The translations under genes and the position numbers were made by a program. A stretch of 63,956 bases of DNA, counting the filler, from Trypethelium eluteriae (taxonomy: Eukaryota): NCBI GenBank assembly GCA_051942245.1. It is 3 parts of 3 records of this genome, joined end to end, with 100 filler letters (N's around TTAATTAATTAA, not from the genome) between each part and the next. Parts side by side here need not be neighbours in the genome. Positions count along the whole stretch, not along the records: positions 46,297 to 63,956 come from JAVECL010000583.1; 2 more parts are not named here. One strand, 5' to 3'. Position 1 is the stretch's first letter. Each line of letters begins with the position of its first letter. Positions 60,968 to 63,956 of the stretch are shown piece by piece. Under the pieces are notes generated by a model that worked only from the letters and a program-made list of their open reading frames with translations, was not told where the DNA came from and made no database searches.

Positions 60968-62555
60968 CCTGGCAATTGGCTAGAACAGGGGTAGACGCTT
61001 CGATGCTTTCAACGAGTGAAATGGCAAAAAAGAAAGCCTGACTGGTAATTATGCGAAGCCGCGATGCGAGATAATTGGCAGAAGGAGAGTAGAGAACCCT
61101 CTATTTATATGTGCTGTGTAGCCGTCTTCGAGATAGCCGACTTTCAGATGTAAGAGAGATGAGATAGTAGATTTGCATAAAATGTTACTCTGGGAATCCT
61201 CCACCAAATGTAGATAGAGACTCCGCTTACCCGACTTTTCAAGACCAGGATCTCGGTAGACGTGCCCCAGTCCAGAAGGTCCATTACAGCGCAGGAACCA
61301 ATCCTAGGTTTAATAATCTAAATATGATGCTGGAGTCTGAAAGACATCAGGGAAGGGGCGGAGCCGAGTTGTTATTACCAAACTCCACAACCCTCGGCCG
61401 AAAGCAGGGCTGTGTACCTACGCTCAGGCGGAGTCAAAGGCCCAACAATTTGCCTCCGAATCGCTTTGTGGAAACTGCCCTCGCGAGCGTGCCGCTTCAG
61501 AGCCTCGATGCGGAAGTTGGCAGGGTATCCATGCCCGTGGCAGTCCCCATGCCTTGCATAGGAGAGTGTAGTCTCTATTCCTCCAGCTTTGACTACGATG
61601 ACAGCTTTCAGATGGTAAGTCGACACTGAGATTCCTGCAACGACCTCCCTAGGTACTGCTCAGTCAGTGCCGTCGTCCGAATCTTCTTCAATGAAGTCAA
61701 TTCTTGTAGGGGGTTCAATTAGAAAGGTCAAAACATAAGGTAGGCGGCCTCGCCGCCGCAAAGATCAGCAATGGTCTGCAAGTAAAATAAGTAACCCAAG
61801 GCTAAGACCGAAGGTCAAGCAAGCCAAGTTATGGGAAGAGAAGTAGAAAAACGTTCGGCAGCACCGAGAAGCACATATCTGAAAAGGTCAGCAAGCAGAC
61901 CATACGCAAGTTTCAGGTGTCGGAAGCTAGGAGTGGCTTTTAACTACTGGATACGCAGTCTCAATTCGACCATGGTTGAGTACTCAGCTAGAGCAGAGTG
62001 GTCGAGCCTTCAATTATGGCGATGCTACACCTTATAGAGTTTTGAAAGGCGCCGCTTGCCGAGCTCAAGAGGAGAGAGAGGTCGGAGTACGGAGTGATGG
62101 TGCTCGTTTGGAGGCGTGCCCAAGGCGTCGGTGGCGTTATGGCCGGGTGACACATGCGCACCCAGCCAGGTATGGTGGTATATACCAAGGTACGGAGTAC
62201 CTACGCGTGCTACGGTGCCCTAGATATTCAGAAGCATTTCGTCATAGCTGGCACTTAGCTTCCTACATCATCCACTACTACCAATCGAGTTCGTTCATTG
62301 TCAGGCATTCTGTATCAGCGTCAACAAGGCTTAGCTACCGGCTTAGCGCGGGCTGGGCAAAGCTTGGTATAATCTTGTTTTCGCCAAGCCGGTTCTCTCC
62401 CCCAACCCCGCCAGTCTTCGGAGGCTTAAAGTCGCCAATTGGGTTTCGCATGTTTCTCTTATGACATTAATTATAGAGTGCGCGTTCGCTTGTACTTTTT
62501 AACCCTCACTTTTTGCATGCCAACTTGCAACCGGACCGAGTCAGCACGCGGCGAC

Positions 62556-63956
62556 ATGAGCTCGGAAGAACTCAACGAGAAACGGCCAGACGAGCAGCCT
62601 TCCGCTCAACCCACTGCCCAACTGAAGTCCAATGGCCCGGTTGACGGCAAGCTACCTCAGGACGAGAAACCTTCCGCGAACGACGGCAGCCAGAAGCAAG
62701 CGGAACCTCAAGATGAAAAGCCAAAGGAAGAAAAGAAAGGCCCAGCAGGTGGATTTGATAGCACTCCATTACCTCGCGAACCACCAGGATACACAGTCAA
62801 GATCACTTTTCATCGAGCGACCAATCTTCCAATGGCAGACGTAAACACGCTAGCTTCAGATCCATACATTCTGGCAACAATCGATACCGGCTTGACTCCG
62901 AGACACAAGGAAGATCCACCCCTCACGCTGCGAACCCCAACAATTCGCCGAAACTGCGATCCGGAGTGGAACTGTGAATGGATTGTGGCGAATGTCCCCG
63001 CTTCAGGGTTCAAGCTCAAAGCCAGGATATACGATGAGGATCCGGCGGACCACGATGATCGCCTTGGAAATGCGCATATACACGTGGATAGCTTAAGTGA
63101 GGATTGGCAGGGCATCAAAGAGCAAGGTTACAAGATCATGAAGCGTACGGGCAGTAAGCGGGCCTACTTCGTAAGAGCAATTGCGGCCTGCTTTTCCAAA
63201 GCCAAGCACTTAAACGGAAACCTCTATGTTTCTGTGGAATGCCTAGGTCGCACCCAAGATGAGGAGGGCGGTGGGCGCGCATATACAATTGGGCCGGGGT
63301 TTTGGTACAAGCACTACTCACCGATGTTAGGTCGGTTGGCGAACGTGAAGGACGCTCAAGATGATGATGATACAAATGCTGCTGGACAACAGGAACAAAA
63401 ACAGCGTGCGCAACGATACAAGTAGGCTTAGCGATGAACAATTTGTGGACTCTGCTAACAACTTCTCAGTTTCCAAGCGAACCAAATTCAGCTAGAAGGC
63501 CCTGTTCCCTCTGATCTTTATCACCGCTATGTCGAGTTCAAACCCTTCGTCAAAGGCATGTTTACTAGTACTGGTCCCCGTGGCTTTCTGCTCTCCAAGG
63601 CTCTCCACCATCAGCATGCACGCGTCTACAACTTCTCCCGCACGACCGAATATGGCGTCTTCAATCACAATGACCCAACGCCCACGTCCGAAGTAACCAC
63701 CAAATTCCTCGACCTTGTCCATTACGACAAGGGCGGCCGGATCTTCACTTATGTCATCACCCTCGACGCCCTCTGGCGCTTCACCGAGACCGGAAAGGAA
63801 TTCGGTGTTGATCTGCTCAGCAAGCATACCATGCATTCTGATGTCAGCATTTACATCGCCTTCAGCGGCGAATTCTTCATCCGCCGCCTCAAGCACCCAC
63901 ACCGCCCGAACACCTCCTCCTCCTCCGCCGCATCCTCCTCCCCTTCGTCCTCATCC
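62556..63956 (+). CDS. Fungal C2-domain protein, runs off the right end (intron 63422-63469)
   Basis: GYTVKITFHRATNLPMADVNTLASDPY, RTPTIRRNCDPEWN, IYDEDPADHDDRLG; exon 2 NFQANQIQLEGP...RFTETGKEFGVDLLSKHTMHS stays open to the window end. Confidence 0.9.

Noticed and set aside
1..63956. tRNA, rRNA, LTR or autonomous transposon sequences
   Set aside because: None recognised by eye; a tRNAscan-SE, Rfam and RepeatMasker run would be needed to exclude them.

Overview
Gene-dense DNA from a filamentous ascomycete (Pezizomycotina): short GT-AG introns with CTRAY branch sites and about 25 protein-coding loci. The window joins three contigs by two artificial 100-nt linkers (N44-TTAATTAATTAA-N44 at 23085-23184 and 46197-46296), which truncate DOT1, an unnamed gene and a UPRT. 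Recognisable genes: GNAT acetyltransferase, cAMP-receptor-like GPCR, two PTH11-like receptors, GPI-type secreted protein, DOT1, a BPI/TULIP-like protein, DHA2 MFS transporter, MYND-finger protein, acetoacetyl-CoA synthetase, FEX fluoride exporter, UPRT, cytochrome P450, subtilisin, ankyrin protein, PLAC8 protein, a small secreted protein and a C2-domain protein. The best candidates for something undescribed are: (1) a five-gene oxidative cluster at 5.8-14.6 kb (SDR, EthD-like, SSADH-like aldehyde dehydrogenase, SDR, type-II-like flavin monooxygenase) whose three promoter regions all carry ACCCGAAG next to CreA-type sites; (2) a 181-bp foldback element at 36249-36429; (3) two unlinked Met-Cys-start microproteins with nearly the same cysteine spacing; (4) recurrent high-GC islands that switch from C-rich to G-rich regardless of gene orientation. 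All calls were made by eye, with no database searches.
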